DNA of 64,000 nucleotides from Pocillopora damicornis (GCF_003704095.1 NW_020846701.1:1-64000), one strand, 5' to 3'; positions 48,331 to 61,056 are shown, counted from the stretch's first letter. Notes: generated by a model from the sequence alone, not told the origin. Numbers and translations: made by a program.

Positions 48331-50448
48331 GTTCGTCGTCCGCTGACAAATCGACACGGCTCATTTGAAATTCATTGGCCGAGCGCTCAAGTAGAGCAGT
48401 TGTTTCTTTGTTTGCAAACAACTCGACGTAAATAGTATATTCCTTTTTTCCGCTACGGAGCCAAATTTCTTATAAAAATCGCAAGTGCAATTGTACAAAG
48501 TCGGGAAATCAAATGATACAGGGGAGAAAATTAGCAAAATACCTTTTCTTGCTTAGCGATGAACTTTACGGACCGATCGGTCGAGGCTAATGAGATTTGA
48601 TCAATTGATCATTGATCTTCAACCTCCCTCCGGAAAAACGAACGTATCTCGGTAAGCCAACCCTACTTTAGAAAAAAAAATTTAAAAAAAAAAAAGTTAC
48701 CTTTTTTGGAAATCAATAATTGCCTGAAGGAGTACTAGAGCCGGTGATTAAAACATTTTAGAGTGAATGTGTGGAGGCATGAAAACCTTCGACAAAAATT
48801 ATTTTGGCCGAAGGTGTTTTTTTTCTAAAAGGTACATATGCAAATACTGTATGAGCCTTTTGTTGTGAAAATATATTGGTGATTTGCTATTACGTCCAAA
48901 GAGCATATCATACCACTGATCACGCCACTCTAATGAAAGTTTTCTAGTGGAAATTGTTGCCTAGATACAAAGTAATGGTCTCAATTGAACGTGGACTATA
49001 GGTTAGATGATTTGAAACAGGTTAAAGTGACCTTGCGCGCCATTTTGTCCACAAATATCATCAGAATTAATCAACTTATCAGGAAATACTAAATAAATAA
49101 TTTATTGAGGGAGAAAAATGTCGAAGCAAGGACAAATATCTTCAAGGGAGGATAAAAAGTTTATGGTAGAACTTGATGCACAATCATATTGCCTGGAAAC
49201 GAAATAACGTTCGCTTGTTTCGAAGTTTTCAGAGCCAATCCTGATAGACAAGGATTTCAAAGTCCCCCTTCCCCGCACCCCATAATGACTGTGCCGGAAA
49301 TTTCGCTAATTAAGTGCCGAACATGCAGTTTGGCAGGTCATTATCAATCTACTGTCGTTGGCGTCCCTTCCTAAATATTAGAATATGCTTGGGACAAAAA
49401 AAAAAAAAAAAGTTAAAAGAAAAATTGCTAAAAATCATCTTCATTGCAATGACACACTTTTAATGTTCTTCATTGAAATTCTCTACATCTACAGCCATCA
49501 AACAAACCAACAAAAATCAAGAAATGGAAGCAAATTCTGATTACAATCACGCTGGTGCTAAGTGCGATTCCCTCTCATAAGGGAATTGAAATCAGGCTGA
49601 AACTCTCCACGTAAATGCCACCTGATGGAGGAAACAAAGACTATGAGCATACCAGCGTAAAGAACAGTAACCATTATGGATAGTTCAATGATTTCTATAC
49701 TATAAAATAGGCATCCGTCGTCATTTAAGTGAATACATGGGTGGTTTCATGAGGTCCTAGCTATCAGTTTTTGATGGTGAGGTCTAGACTAACATATGGT
49801 ACCACTCCCCTGACGAAGATTTCTAGTATGGCAGTCTAAACGTCGATATCTTCGACAGAACGCTTGACTCAACGATTGACAATGTCCCTAACAAGCGAGA
49901 AAATTTAATTTATCAATCAGAGATTAATAGACATTCACTCAGCATTATAATCAAGGTAAACCAACGTATCCACTGCAGGTCAAATGTAGCTCCACTCACG
50001 CCCCGTTTATAACCTTTAGCCATTTCATTTCTAAGATGTGGCTTGTAATTCTCTCTACAAGCAGCTAAACATCCTTGTTAAGTAGTAAGGAGAACTATGT
50101 ATTAGATCAAGATAACACTCTCTTCTTGGCTAACAAGTTTGTGTGATCTAATCACCTGTTTGCTGGATAACTTATCCGTGCGTATTTAGGGGAGGGCCGG
50201 GGAGGTCTGAAAATGAACTTATTGGGTTCTATTTTTAACTATTTTGGCTTTGCCCAAATATACATGTCACTTTCCTGGTAAAATTCAAGTTTGAGTGAAA
50301 TGCTCTTCTTCTTGATGTTATAGTCTTATTTCACTATTCGTTGGTACCATTCCTAGGGGTGATATAAATCAACTAAAGAGATATCCAGATATCTACGCTT
50401 GCATAACTCACTTCTTTAAAACCATAGTTTAGTGAAAGCTCTTTATAC

Positions 50449-52768
50449 CTAGCTCTTAATGCAGTTATTATCATCGCATTGTCCGCTGGTACCACAAAGC
50501 CAAGCAAGGCAATAATTGTGCCTATAGTTACAGTAGCATCCAGGACCCAGCGACGCGCAGTGAGGGCAAATGCTTGCTGTAAAATAAACGCAGAAATCAT
50601 GTATAGGAAAAAAATTGAAATGGAGATAAAACTCTTCGCAACGTGTTTTTTGTTCGTCTGTGTATATTTTTGATTGACTGACTGCGTAATAACCTATTGA
50701 CGGACTGACTGATTGATTGACAGACTATAATCGATAAATTGATGAACTGATCAATAAATTTGGAATTCAACGGATTCAGTTTTTTTTTTAGTTTAGCACC
50801 CGTTTGGTAAATTTATAACGAAGTGTTGTGGGTTTTCTCGACAAATCACTAAGTGTAGACAATTAAAATCAATAAATCCTAGGTAGAGTAAATTCAACTC
50901 ACGTTCACCGCGTTTCCAAATAGATCCGTCCATTTGAATTTCATTTAACTCTGAAAAGTCAAACAAAGAGGGAGAATAGATAATGGTAATTGAAGAGACT
51001 AGGCCGATGCAATTTGATCTGAAATTAGACACGGCATTACCAAAATCGTACGAGCGCATAGCGAAAGTTGATTTGAAATCAAAAGTGTGTGTATGAAGGA
51101 GTTTGGGGGATCACGTGGTTTTTAGGGGGAACAGAGGAGTGATCTGTTATCGCTAACAGAGTATAAAGTGGAGGACTGTAGAAAATTGACTGCTAATTAA
51201 CTGCCAATAAGAGGAAATTATGAGAATAATACAGAGCCTTAGAGGGAATAAATCAGTTAAGGTTATCATAACACAGCAAAAATCCTCCAATCCCCTCTCA
51301 GGTGATCAATAATGACCGGTCCCTTTGTATATCTTTTGCAACACAATTTCCCTTGATAGGAGGCTTTCCCACCTGCCCAGGTTTCGCTCTTCTTAAAATA
51401 CTCAATTAACTAGAATAGGTTTATTTTACATCAATGCACTGATTTACCTGAGATATCCCTTTGCTTCAGAAAGCTTCTTGTTTCATCTTGAAAACAGAAA
51501 ATCAAGAGTGGAATCAAAAGGCAATCAATTTTATCTCAAAACATTAAACGTGTGGTGACTGCGTGATATATGAGGAGTTTAAAACACGGTTAGGAATTAT
51601 GCGTCTATCAATTCGGGGCAACCCCCCTCCCTCCTCGGGCCGACACATTGCGTTCAAATGCCCAACCCAATATTGAACGACTCGGTGTGAAACCAACGAA
51701 TTTTGTAAAATTTAGCAAGGAAATATATTAGCTTTTGGCACCGCTTCGTGAATTTTCGCTTGCAAGAATCCTTCTACGTTGTAAAAGTTGTTTTTCTTGA
51801 CCATGCGCTCATAAAGGCACACTCTTCGCCTCTCTGCCATTAAAACACATGTATTACGCTGGAAAGGCTGGACTCAAATGCCCCACCCCATCCAGGCTAG
51901 GTTCAAATTTTCCCTTTAGGGACGCATCTCATTTCTTTGAAATTTCACAAGAGCTGGTTGTGGACACCTCGGAGATCGTTTTCTACCAGTTAGGAAACTC
52001 TGAACGATTAAATAATAGCAGATAAATGTACATCACAGCAACAACTGGAAAAATTCACAATAGAAGAATTTGATCCTTTTAGGCGTTAAAAAAAGGCAAG
52101 TTAGAGAACTATTTTTCTTGAACCAATTTTCGGGCGCGCGCAAAACTTCTCAGTTCACAGCAATAATTTAAAATTTAAGGCCATCATTTTTGTGTCAGAA
52201 CATTTATGCATATCTGGTAACTGTGTGATAGCTAATTTTTTCTGTACATAAAAAAGGCGCGCAAACCCCCGCGATTTTCGCGCGCAAAACGTCTCAACTC
52301 ACAGAAACAATTCGTTTTTTAAAAACAAGGTAAACATCCGCTTTAAAATATAAACCAGGAGAATGGAATGCAGTAGTTAGTTTATTTTCCTTCTTCAACT
52401 AACTTGAATCGCGCCAAAAAGTTCTCAGCCTACGCTCAACAAAATATCGGTAGGATGAAAACAAAGAAGAGTAAAAATGCAAGATTTACTCTTTTTGGGG
52501 GGGATTTTCAAACTAATCGAGATTATTGCTCCAAAACCCTCATAGAGAGCCAAAATGTTTGGAGCCTCTTCACTTCTAGCGGACTTTGAGTCTTTCGATC
52601 GAAAGGCGCCAACTCGGCCGATTATGCGGGCACGGAGGGCACTTAAGTCTCTACTACTCTTCTTCCTTGAAATTAAGTGTTCCTACCTTCAGTGTCACGC
52701 AGAAATGGCACCCTGGCGGCCGAGCAAAGGGTAACTAGAAGAACCAAGGCAAGGACGAAGCCGTTCAT
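50449..52768 (-). CDS. Secreted cysteine-rich prepropeptide (98 aa; toxin/antimicrobial-peptide-like precursor), 4 coding exons
   Basis: Exons 52768-52687, 51486-51448, 50950-50903 and 50576-50449, all joined by phase-1 GT-AG introns: MNGFVLALVLLVTLCSA-ARVPFLRDTEDETRSFLKQRDISELNEIQMDGSIWKR-GEPSICPHCASLGPGCYCNYRHNYCLAWLCGTSGQCDDNNCIKS*. Probable 3'-UTR exon from 49621 with ATTAAA at 49464-49459. Confidence 0.85.
51095..51325. mobile_element. Non-autonomous DNA element (MITE) in intron 2 of the peptide gene
   Basis: ggatcacgtggtttttaggggg...agagtataaag...aataatgaccggtccctt; a homologous copy lies at ~58727-58932. Confidence 0.65.
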
Positions 52769-52828
52769 CTTTTTTGCAGAATAACCGTACAACCAGAAGA
52801 CCAAACGCGGCGTGATTTTTTCAAGTGA

Positions 52829-52866
52829 CAACTGAGCTGGCCTTTTTTGCTGGACTTATTTATATA
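52829..52866 (-). promoter_or_regulatory. TATA box and Inr core promoter of the peptide gene
   Basis: Minus strand TATATAAA at 52866-52859 and TCAGTT (Inr-like) about 25-30 nt downstream, ~60 nt before the ATG. Confidence 0.65.
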
Positions 52867-52899
52867 CGTTTAGACAATATATTTTGTAATCAAAAAGAA

Positions 52900-54830
52900 T
52901 TATATTTTTATTTCGGTTCAGCAGACTGCAACTAATCTACAGTATTTTATTCTCTGCACTTTGGCGAGTAATGCCCGCCATTATCGAATTTTATTGTGCT
53001 TTTGCGCCGGTTTAGCAGATTGCAATTAATCCGTAATCTTTTATTCTTTGCACAATTCAGCCAGCAAAGCCCGCCATTTTTATCCTTCGGTGCGTCCAAC
53101 CATTTTTGTTGCTCATGTTCTTTTTTGCCTTGATTTAATTCAGCTTTTAATAGCCTGATATATCTTACCCATCCAGGATGAAGTAATATAATTTTGTCAT
53201 ATTGACTGGTCGTGCACTACACCATTGCAATGTATGAAGGACATTATTTATAAGCAAGAAAAAAATAAATGGAAATCATGGTGCATTTTTCTCTGGTTAA
53301 GCAGACTGTGACTAATCGACAATATTTTTAACGATTGCACCCATTGACCAACCCCTGGTTTAGCAGATTACAAGTAATCCACAATATGTTATTTTCTGCA
53401 CTCCAGCGAGCAATGCCCGCCATTTTTATCCATCACTGAGTGTGCTCAGCCAGATTTATTTCTTATCACTATTTGACATTGATTAACGTCAGTGTAGTAT
53501 TCTTGTCGAAAATCTGACATTCTTTGTAAAATTCGAGGACTGCATATACGAAAAAAAAGGTTTGTGTGGTAAAGTAGATTAGCTTAGCTGTAATAATGAT
53601 TGCACGTTTAGGAAAGCCATCTTTTCTTCGTATTGGTCTTATAAAAGACATCTTTGATGATAAAAAAATTAATTTATTGTGCTTTTGTTCTGGTGAGCAG
53701 ATTGCCAATAATCCACTAGATTTTATTCTTAACAAACTCCGGCGAGCAAAGCCCGCCATTTTTGTCGATAGGTGCGTTATTGCTGCTCATGCACTGCTCT
53801 GCTTTGATCCAGTTTTTATTAGCCTGATATATATTTTATTCATCAATCATGAAGTAAACCTTGACAGTTAAGAAAAAATAGAAAATTTTCTACCATTTTG
53901 AGTCAACGAGATCTCATATGCTACCACATAATGCTTGTCATACTGACTAGTCGTGTACAACACCATTGTAATGTAAAGGACATCTTAAAAAGGCATCAAA
54001 AAAAATATTAGAACTCATGGTGCTTTTGTTTTGGTTTAGCAGCCTGCGACTAATCGACTATATTTTTAACGATTGCACCCATTGACCAACCCCTGGTTTA
54101 GCAGATTACAGCTAATCCACAACATGTTATTCTCTGCACTCCAGCGAGCAATGCCCGCCATTTCTATCCACTGATTGCTGACTGCGCTCAGCCGGATTTA
54201 TTTCCTATCACCATTTGACATCGATTAACGTCAGTGTAGTATTCTTGTCGAAAATCTGACAATCTTTGTAAAATTCGAGAACTACAAATAGAAAAAAAGG
54301 TGTGCGTGGTAAAGTAGATTAGCTTAGCTGTAATAATAATTGCACGATTAGGAAAGCCATGTTTTCTGCGTATTGGTCTTATAAAAGACATCTTTGATGA
54401 TAAAAAATTAATTTATTGTGCTTTGTTCTGGTGATCTGACTGCCGCTAATCCACAATCTTTCATTCTTTGCACACTCCGGTGAGCAAAGCCCGCCATTTT
54501 TGTCGACAAGTGCGTTATTGTTGCTCATGTACTCCTCTGCTTTAATCCAGTTTTTATTAGCCTTACATACATGTTATTCATCAAACATGAAGTAAACCTA
54601 GACAGTTAAGAAAAAATACAAAACTGTCTGTCATTTTGAGTCACCGAGATCTCATATGCTACCACATAATGTTTGTCATATTGACTAGTCGTGTACAACA
54701 CCATTGTAATGTAAAGAACATCTTAAAAAGGCATGAAAAAAAATATTAGTACTCATGGTGCTTTTGTTTTGGTTTAGCAGACTGCGACTAATCGACCACT
54801 TTTTTTAATAATTGCACACATAGGGTAACT
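52900..54830. repeat. Hierarchical tandem repeat (~740-bp period) with GCCCGCCAT subrepeats
   Basis: Unit starts at ~53194, ~53935 and ~54673; GCCCGCCAT at 52973, 53069, 53415, 53751, 54153 and 54489; a degenerate copy lies at ~58215-58560. Confidence 0.85.
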
Positions 54831-55529
54831 TCCTGACCCCATTTTCATCGATCAGTGCTGCCAACCAGTTTCTTTTTGTAATAACAGTATAATTTATGTC
54901 GATTCAAATCATTTTTAGTAGCCTTTTTGAAACTTTGACAGATATCATTCCCTCAGCATTAAGAAAATTCAATCAAATGGAAAAAAAATAACTTTATTCA
55001 TAGATTCAATTGCTATAACAATTGCCGTCATTTTGAATGCTCGCGTCCAACTACACCATACTCTGACCTGCCGCCAATTCCACTATTGAACTAGTTGCAA
55101 TTAAATGACCATATCCGTCGTGAAATCTCTTCACATCTAATAGCTTCAAAAAAAAAATTGTTTGCTCGTTTACTTTTCATTTCACGAGCGGTATGTTGTT
55201 GTTTTGTGTAGCAACTTTCAAAGACCAGAAACTTGATATGTTTGGACTGGAAAATTATTATTCGCGAACCATTGCGCGCTGAGTGAACAATATTGATACA
55301 TGCTGTCATTGCTAAGATTACATAAGGATTTTTTTTTAAGAATCTCAGCGGGCCAGATAATAGATTCTTGTTTCTAATTGGTAAATTGCGCGCTCTTAAT
55401 CGGTTGAGCTTTCTACTATACGGACCTCGGTCCGGTTTTTTTTTTCTGCGTACCAATCGTGGCAAAGGGGAACAAAGAATTCCGGCCCCAAAAAAATTAG
55501 TTTTTCACGGGCTTTTCTGGAAATCTTTG

Positions 55530-56470
55530 ATCTCGCTCCAGCTGCTTGTTTGCATTCAGCGTCACCCACTTTGTGTCCGTTTTTTATCTCTCGTTACCCA
55601 CCCTCACATACGATACCTGTAGAACTGAGGGGGTGGAGGAAATGTCCTTACCCCTCACAAGAAGGAAAGTGTAGTGGATCGTGAAGGGCGTTCTCCTGAC
55701 GTCAAGGCTATCATATTGGTTTCCAGAACAAACAAATGGCGGCCAAGTTAGCGCTTTTGGATTTGAAGTTTTTGCTGAAGTAAATCATTTCTTTTTTCCA
55801 ATAAGTTCGCATAGCTGTTATCACGTGGGTGAAAGTGATCAATTACATGACTCGACTCAAATAGGAGCATTGTAATCGACATCACGCGAAGAACCCGCTT
55901 GGCTGATTTGGAATATTTGGTTCACCTTTGCGTTTCTGTCGATGATTGCAGAACTCAACTACTTTTCATCTGTTCAAAGACAATTTAGGAACTTGATTCA
56001 TCAGTTCTTGAAACTTGTAGGCCGGTAAGTTTCATCAGTTCTCATTGTGTCTCAAGAATGGAACGCTCGGATGATTTAGGCAACGTTCTATTACAGTTGT
56101 AAGTACTTTGCATTATTACACTAGTCTTTCTGCTTGTGTGCTCAAAATGCAAATGTTAGTGAAGAAAGGTTTACTTCTTCCTCAAAATCCTTTTTCTCCT
56201 TTATCAATTTTCAAATACAAAAACTGAATTCTTAAAAAGAAGAGAGTGGTAAAATTGAGTCAAGCAGTTTCGACCCCAGTTCTCTCGTTGCCACTGACTG
56301 CGTTGCCATAGAAGATTCTGCTTTTTGACTCATTTGAGAAAACATGCATTTCTTTGTAACTACTGCAGAACCCTGCTAACACGAAAAAGATCGGATTTCT
56401 CTTCGATATAATCCCATTTTCTGGTGATTTACTCTCAGCTGACTCCAAACTCCCCGTTGACTCGAAGTAT
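55530..56470. repeat. Copy 1 of a triplicated ~1-kb module
   Basis: Shares cacgtg-gtgaaagYgat, cagttcttgaaactt...gccggtaagtttcatc and a MITE start with 59330-60375 and 61057-62150. Confidence 0.75.
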
Positions 56471-56654
56471 TCTACGTTTCCTTGATTGAATTTCACGTGA
56501 TAAATCGAGCTCCTTCTGCTAAAGAGGAAGGTGTACTTCATAGTATAATGATTCATAAAACACTTTATAATGTGACATGTTTGTGTGCACTCCAGTATGT
56601 GCCCCAACCCCCCCCCCCCCCTTCCATTCCACTCCACCTCTTGTGCCTTTGCTG

Positions 56655-56740
56655 AAAATTAAAAACTTATGAAAACCGGGTAAAGTATTTCCAACTTACA
56701 GTCATCACACTTCCAAATAGATCCGTCTAGTTGAATTCAG
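56655..56740 (-). pseudogene. Relic paralog of peptide-gene exon 3, truncated by a LINE
   Basis: ttccaaatagatccgtc is identical to 50914-50930; translates IQLDGSIWKCDD|gtaagt versus IQMDGSIWKRGE|gtgagt; homology extends ~40 nt into the intron. Confidence 0.75.
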
Positions 56741-56749
56741 ACTCAGGGT

Positions 56750-58190
56750 TTATTTTTATTATTATTATTATGATTATGATTATTATTATTATTATTATCA
56801 TCATTATTATTAAAATCACAATTAGCAGTTAGTAGCTGAATTACTGGTGCAATATACATAATTCACAATAATTTTAAAAATATATTTTACAAAAAATCTA
56901 AATCTTATAATAATAAATTCTAAATATAAACAATGAAAAATATTAATAATAATAATCCTTCTTAGATTTACCTTTACTCTTTTGCTACACAGTGCATTAT
57001 GAAGGAATTGTGAAACCTTTTGGTTTTGATACCAGGCATAGCAAACATTCGTTTATTCCTTGGGTTGTACTGAGAGGCATTATTGCGCGCAGGTAGCAGG
57101 TCTGCTAGTTTATGCTGGCCATCACTCTCTTTGATCTGATTGAATAGGACTTACGCATAAGCTTTCTCGCCCATCAAAAAGTGTTTTCAGATTTGCATCT
57201 TCTAGCGCTTTTCTATACGATGCCTCTAGATAAATGATCCTTTAAACTCGCTTCTGAACCCTCTCCATTTGGTCAGACAAGTGGACTGGTAAGCCAGAAT
57301 GAAAAGCTTGAAGGGGTATATTCTAAGACAGAACGATTACATGCGCAGTTGAAGTGAATTAGAGATATGCGGTCGATGCCAGCGCGCTTAATTTGCTTAA
57401 GCAAATAGATTCGCTGAGACGCTTTCACAGTAATATTATCTATATGATCGTTCCACTTTAAGTTACCCCTTATAGTAACGCCTAGTACTTTTGCTGATTT
57501 AATGGTTTCAATGGAATTGCCGTTGGCCTCAATACAGTGACCTCGTTTGGTTTCTTTCGAAAGTCTACCCAGAGTTCCTTGCACTTTAACTAGTTCAGCC
57601 TGAATTTGTTGTCTTTTAACCACTGAAGGACATGATCCACTGTGTCTTGGATCTTTGTTGCACCAGACTTGTGAATAACATCCGAGACCGTGGTGTCGTT
57701 GGAAAATTTCCACGTACCAGAAAGGGGCTGCAGACCGTATGAGTTCTCAAAATGAACCTAATATCCTTCCATGCATTACTTCTATTGCCACAGACTTGTT
57801 TGACTTCCCGCCACCAGTAGCAAGGCAGCGTGTCCTTTAACCGTACTTTGTTGTTATAATAAATCGCCCGACATCTTTTTCTTTTACTTTGTTCCTAAGC
57901 AACTTGAATAGGAGCGTGTCAACGGGTGCAAAAGCCTTCTGTCTTTTCTGAACCAGGCGCTTTAGGTCAACACTTAGCCAAGGCCTGTCCGTTTGCTGAC
58001 CTTTGCCTGATCGCTCAGGCATGATTGTAGTAAGACCGTGATTGGTGATCCTCGTAATTGCGGCTAGCTTATAACAACATGAATCATGTTGACAAAGCTC
58101 AGTGTCCCGTGGAACCTCCAACAGATATCGACCAAGACTGGCAACACGACTAAGCTTTTTATCGCGGGTTTTAATGATCTTTGACAAATT
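56750..58190 (-). mobile_element. Degenerate, internally deleted non-LTR retrotransposon (CR1/L2-group LINE)
   Basis: ORF2 remnants DRPWLSVDLKRLVQKRQKAF...LRNKV and KVLGVTIRGNLKWNDHIDNITVKASQRIYLL...RSVLEY, a C-terminus TKRFHNSFI, an (AAT)n tail, and frameshifts and stops. Confidence 0.85.
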
Positions 58191-59329
58191 TTTTAATTCA
58201 AAAATAAAGTATTTGTACAAGTGCTTTTGTGTTGATTAAGCAGAGCGCAATTAGTCCACAGTCTTGTACTCTATGCACATTCCGATAAGCAAAGCCTGCC
58301 ATTTTTATATGTCTATTATAGGTGCATTGAGTCAGTTTCGTTTCTTAACACTATTTATGATCGATTTATAGCTATGTTAATTCACCTAGATATTAATTCA
58401 CCTAGATATTGTGCGCGCTACAACATGTGACTGGTTGCTTAGTAAGCTTATGTAATGTAAAGAACATCTTAGATAGGCAAGAAAAAAAATGGATATTGAG
58501 GTGCTTTCGTACGTTCTGCTTTAGCAAACTGAGATTAGTCGACAATTTTTTGTAATTAGTGACTATACACTGACTAGTAGCCTGATTACATGGGCCGGAC
58601 TGGCTCGATTTTGCCGAGATCTCAGCACTCTTGTTTGATACAACAAAAATAAATTTCGTCATTACAGTCACTACAGTCACAATAGCCAGTGCGGTGAGAC
58701 AGGATACTGGTATCGCGATATTAAGAGTTTTGTGGATCACATGGTTTTCAGGGGGAGCTGAGGGGGGATCAGTCGTCGCTAAAAGAGTATAAAGGGGGAG
58801 GACTATAATTAATTGGATCATGTGAATATTACAGAACCTTAGCAAGGAATCAGGTAAGTTTTATCTTGACACAATTTACATCCTCCAACCTTCCCCCTCC
58901 CCTTTGTGGGCGATAAATAATGACAGGCCCCTCCCCCCTAAAAAAAAATTTCTTTGGACAATAATGTAAACCATTCTGTGTCGATTATCAGATGGGTACA
59001 ATTCAGGGATATAATTTCGAGATAATAATTATTAACATATTTTTTTCACCTTTTAGATTTTTTGATGGAAAGTTTGAACACAGTTGTGGGAAAAAAAAAA
59101 GGCTTTGCGGGCAAAAAAGATTATGATGCCATTCATGTGAATGTTTACTAGGCGTTTGCGCAGTAGAATAATTTTCAATAGTCAAAAAAGATTAGAAGTG
59201 TCCAAATATTATCCTTATCTCAATCTCGTACCCAGATCCTACCGTGCAACTGAAACCGCTTGGCCATGGAATGTGTGGGTACGAGATTAATGTTGGATAG
59301 AAGCTGATGCCTGTAATACCTGTTAAACA

Positions 59330-60375
59330 GTCCCAAGTTCTCTCTTGCCCCATAAATTTGCAAAGCTGGCGATCACGTGAGTGAAAGCGATTAAACCATT
59401 TCCTTTTAATTATTTGAAGCGCTGTAATGCGCTGTAATGCGCTGTAATGCACATCCTCGCTACATTTGCATAATTCGATAGCATCTGATTCACCGTCGCG
59501 TTTCTGCCAAAGATTGCGGAACTTCACCGCTTTCCTCATGCTCAATGAAAAGTTAGGAGCTTCACTCACCAGTTCTTGAAACTTCAATTTCTAAGCCGGT
59601 AAGTTTCATCACTTCTTATTTGTCTCAAGAAATCGAGTGGAACGCTCACACGATTTTTGCAAAGTATTCACATTACAGAAGTCTATTTCCTCCTCTGTTC
59701 AAACTGCGAATGTTCCAATCGATGGATTCACCTATTGCTCAAAACTCTTTAAAATTTTGTTCTTTTGCAATTTTCAGATTCAAATACTGATTTTTAACGA
59801 AAAATAGATTGGGAAAAGTGAAATTAATGGTGATTCGCTCTGAGCACAATAAGCTCACGTTCTCACGCCGCGAATGACTGCGTTGCAATACGAGATTCTG
59901 TCTTCTTTGACTCAGCTGAGAAATGATGCATTGCATCCTAAGTACAGCAGAACCCCTGCTAATTCAAACCTGGTCAATTCGAATCCCCGGCTAACTCGAA
60001 CAAGATCGATTGGATTTGAACTCAGTTATCTCGAACTAATTTTACTTTTCCTTGGCTCAAATTTACCCTGATATCTCGATCATCGTCAGTGTCAGAACAT
60101 AGCTGATTAACACGTCTCAACCTTTAATTGCGATTGATTTGAACGCGCGGGAACATGTGTATAAACGGAACACATTTAGTTAAACTTAAAACACTTAAAA
60201 GTTTTTAAAAATGACTGTTGATTGTGCGAAAATGGTATAGGGTGTGCATGATTTGTAATTAATTATCAATAGGATAACACTGATTAACACCAGTCGCGAT
60301 AACTCGAACCTCCGCTAACTCGAGCCGGTTTAGTTTCCCCTGGGAGGTCGAATTACAAGGATTCATTCTACTGTA
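59330..60375. repeat. Copy 2 of the triplicated module
   Basis: Colinear homology to 55800-56470 and 61170-62150. Confidence 0.75.
59945..60373. mobile_element. Tc1/mariner-type MITE with TA target duplication
   Basis: TA-cagcagaa ... ttctactg-TA ends with internal (gc)taactcgaac subrepeats. Confidence 0.7.
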
Positions 60376-61056
60376 AGGTTGAACTAGAGCAGTGGGTAGA
60401 AGTATGAAATCACACGGTTATTTTATTCATGATTACGGGCGTAAGTTACATGCTCTGTTGGGTCAAACAACAAACAACATCTTAGAAGTGCTACTGTAAA
60501 AAAGGAATTACAAATTACCATTCGATGCACGCAAAACATGATAAATTGAATCATAGTTCAGAAACGATTCCTGAAGTTTAATACTGACTATGATGTGTTG
60601 GTTTTCGAAACATTTTCTCACAGTAGACATAAATGTTTGTGGCCTTGATATGATCAGTAATGCGGAAATCAAAGTAAAGAACTGTGAACCATTGTCCTAT
60701 ATATGAAGTGTTGCAGTTACAAGTTTTCTTCTTTCCTAGAAATGTTTTAAAGTTCGATTTCGATCTCATATTTTTATGAAATGTCTCTGTACCTTGTCAA
60801 AATGACGAACTGTGTGAAATTTAATTTTCAATTTAAAGTCGAACATTCTAGGAAACGTTAATCGTATTCATTTGACGTCTGTCGAAGAATTTAGATTCAA
60901 TTAAATTAGTTTTATTTTCACGCGAGGTTTGCGATAGTGAAAAAACCTGACAAGTGAAAGCAAACTCTCGTAAACCAGCACACCCATTTCATCAGAAACT
61001 AATCTGGATTTGGTTGGGATAAGAATTGGTGAGATTTTTTTGCATTTTCAGTTGTT

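Noticed and set aside
50449-50576. Identification of the peptide as SCRiP, damicornin/ShK or acrorhagin
   Set aside because: It has no adjacent C-terminal cysteines, and the Cys number or spacing differs from those families as I recall them; no gene symbol assigned.
50373-50600. ORF-track 75-aa hydrophobic ORF (MISAFILQQAFALTARRW...)
   Set aside because: It is the alternative frame of peptide exon 4; the upstream exons end in phase 1 and select the Cys-rich frame.
55960-56040. Hammerhead motif in the triplicated module (ctgatga...gaaa on the minus strand)
   Set aside because: Stems I and III and a UH cleavage site could not be formed.
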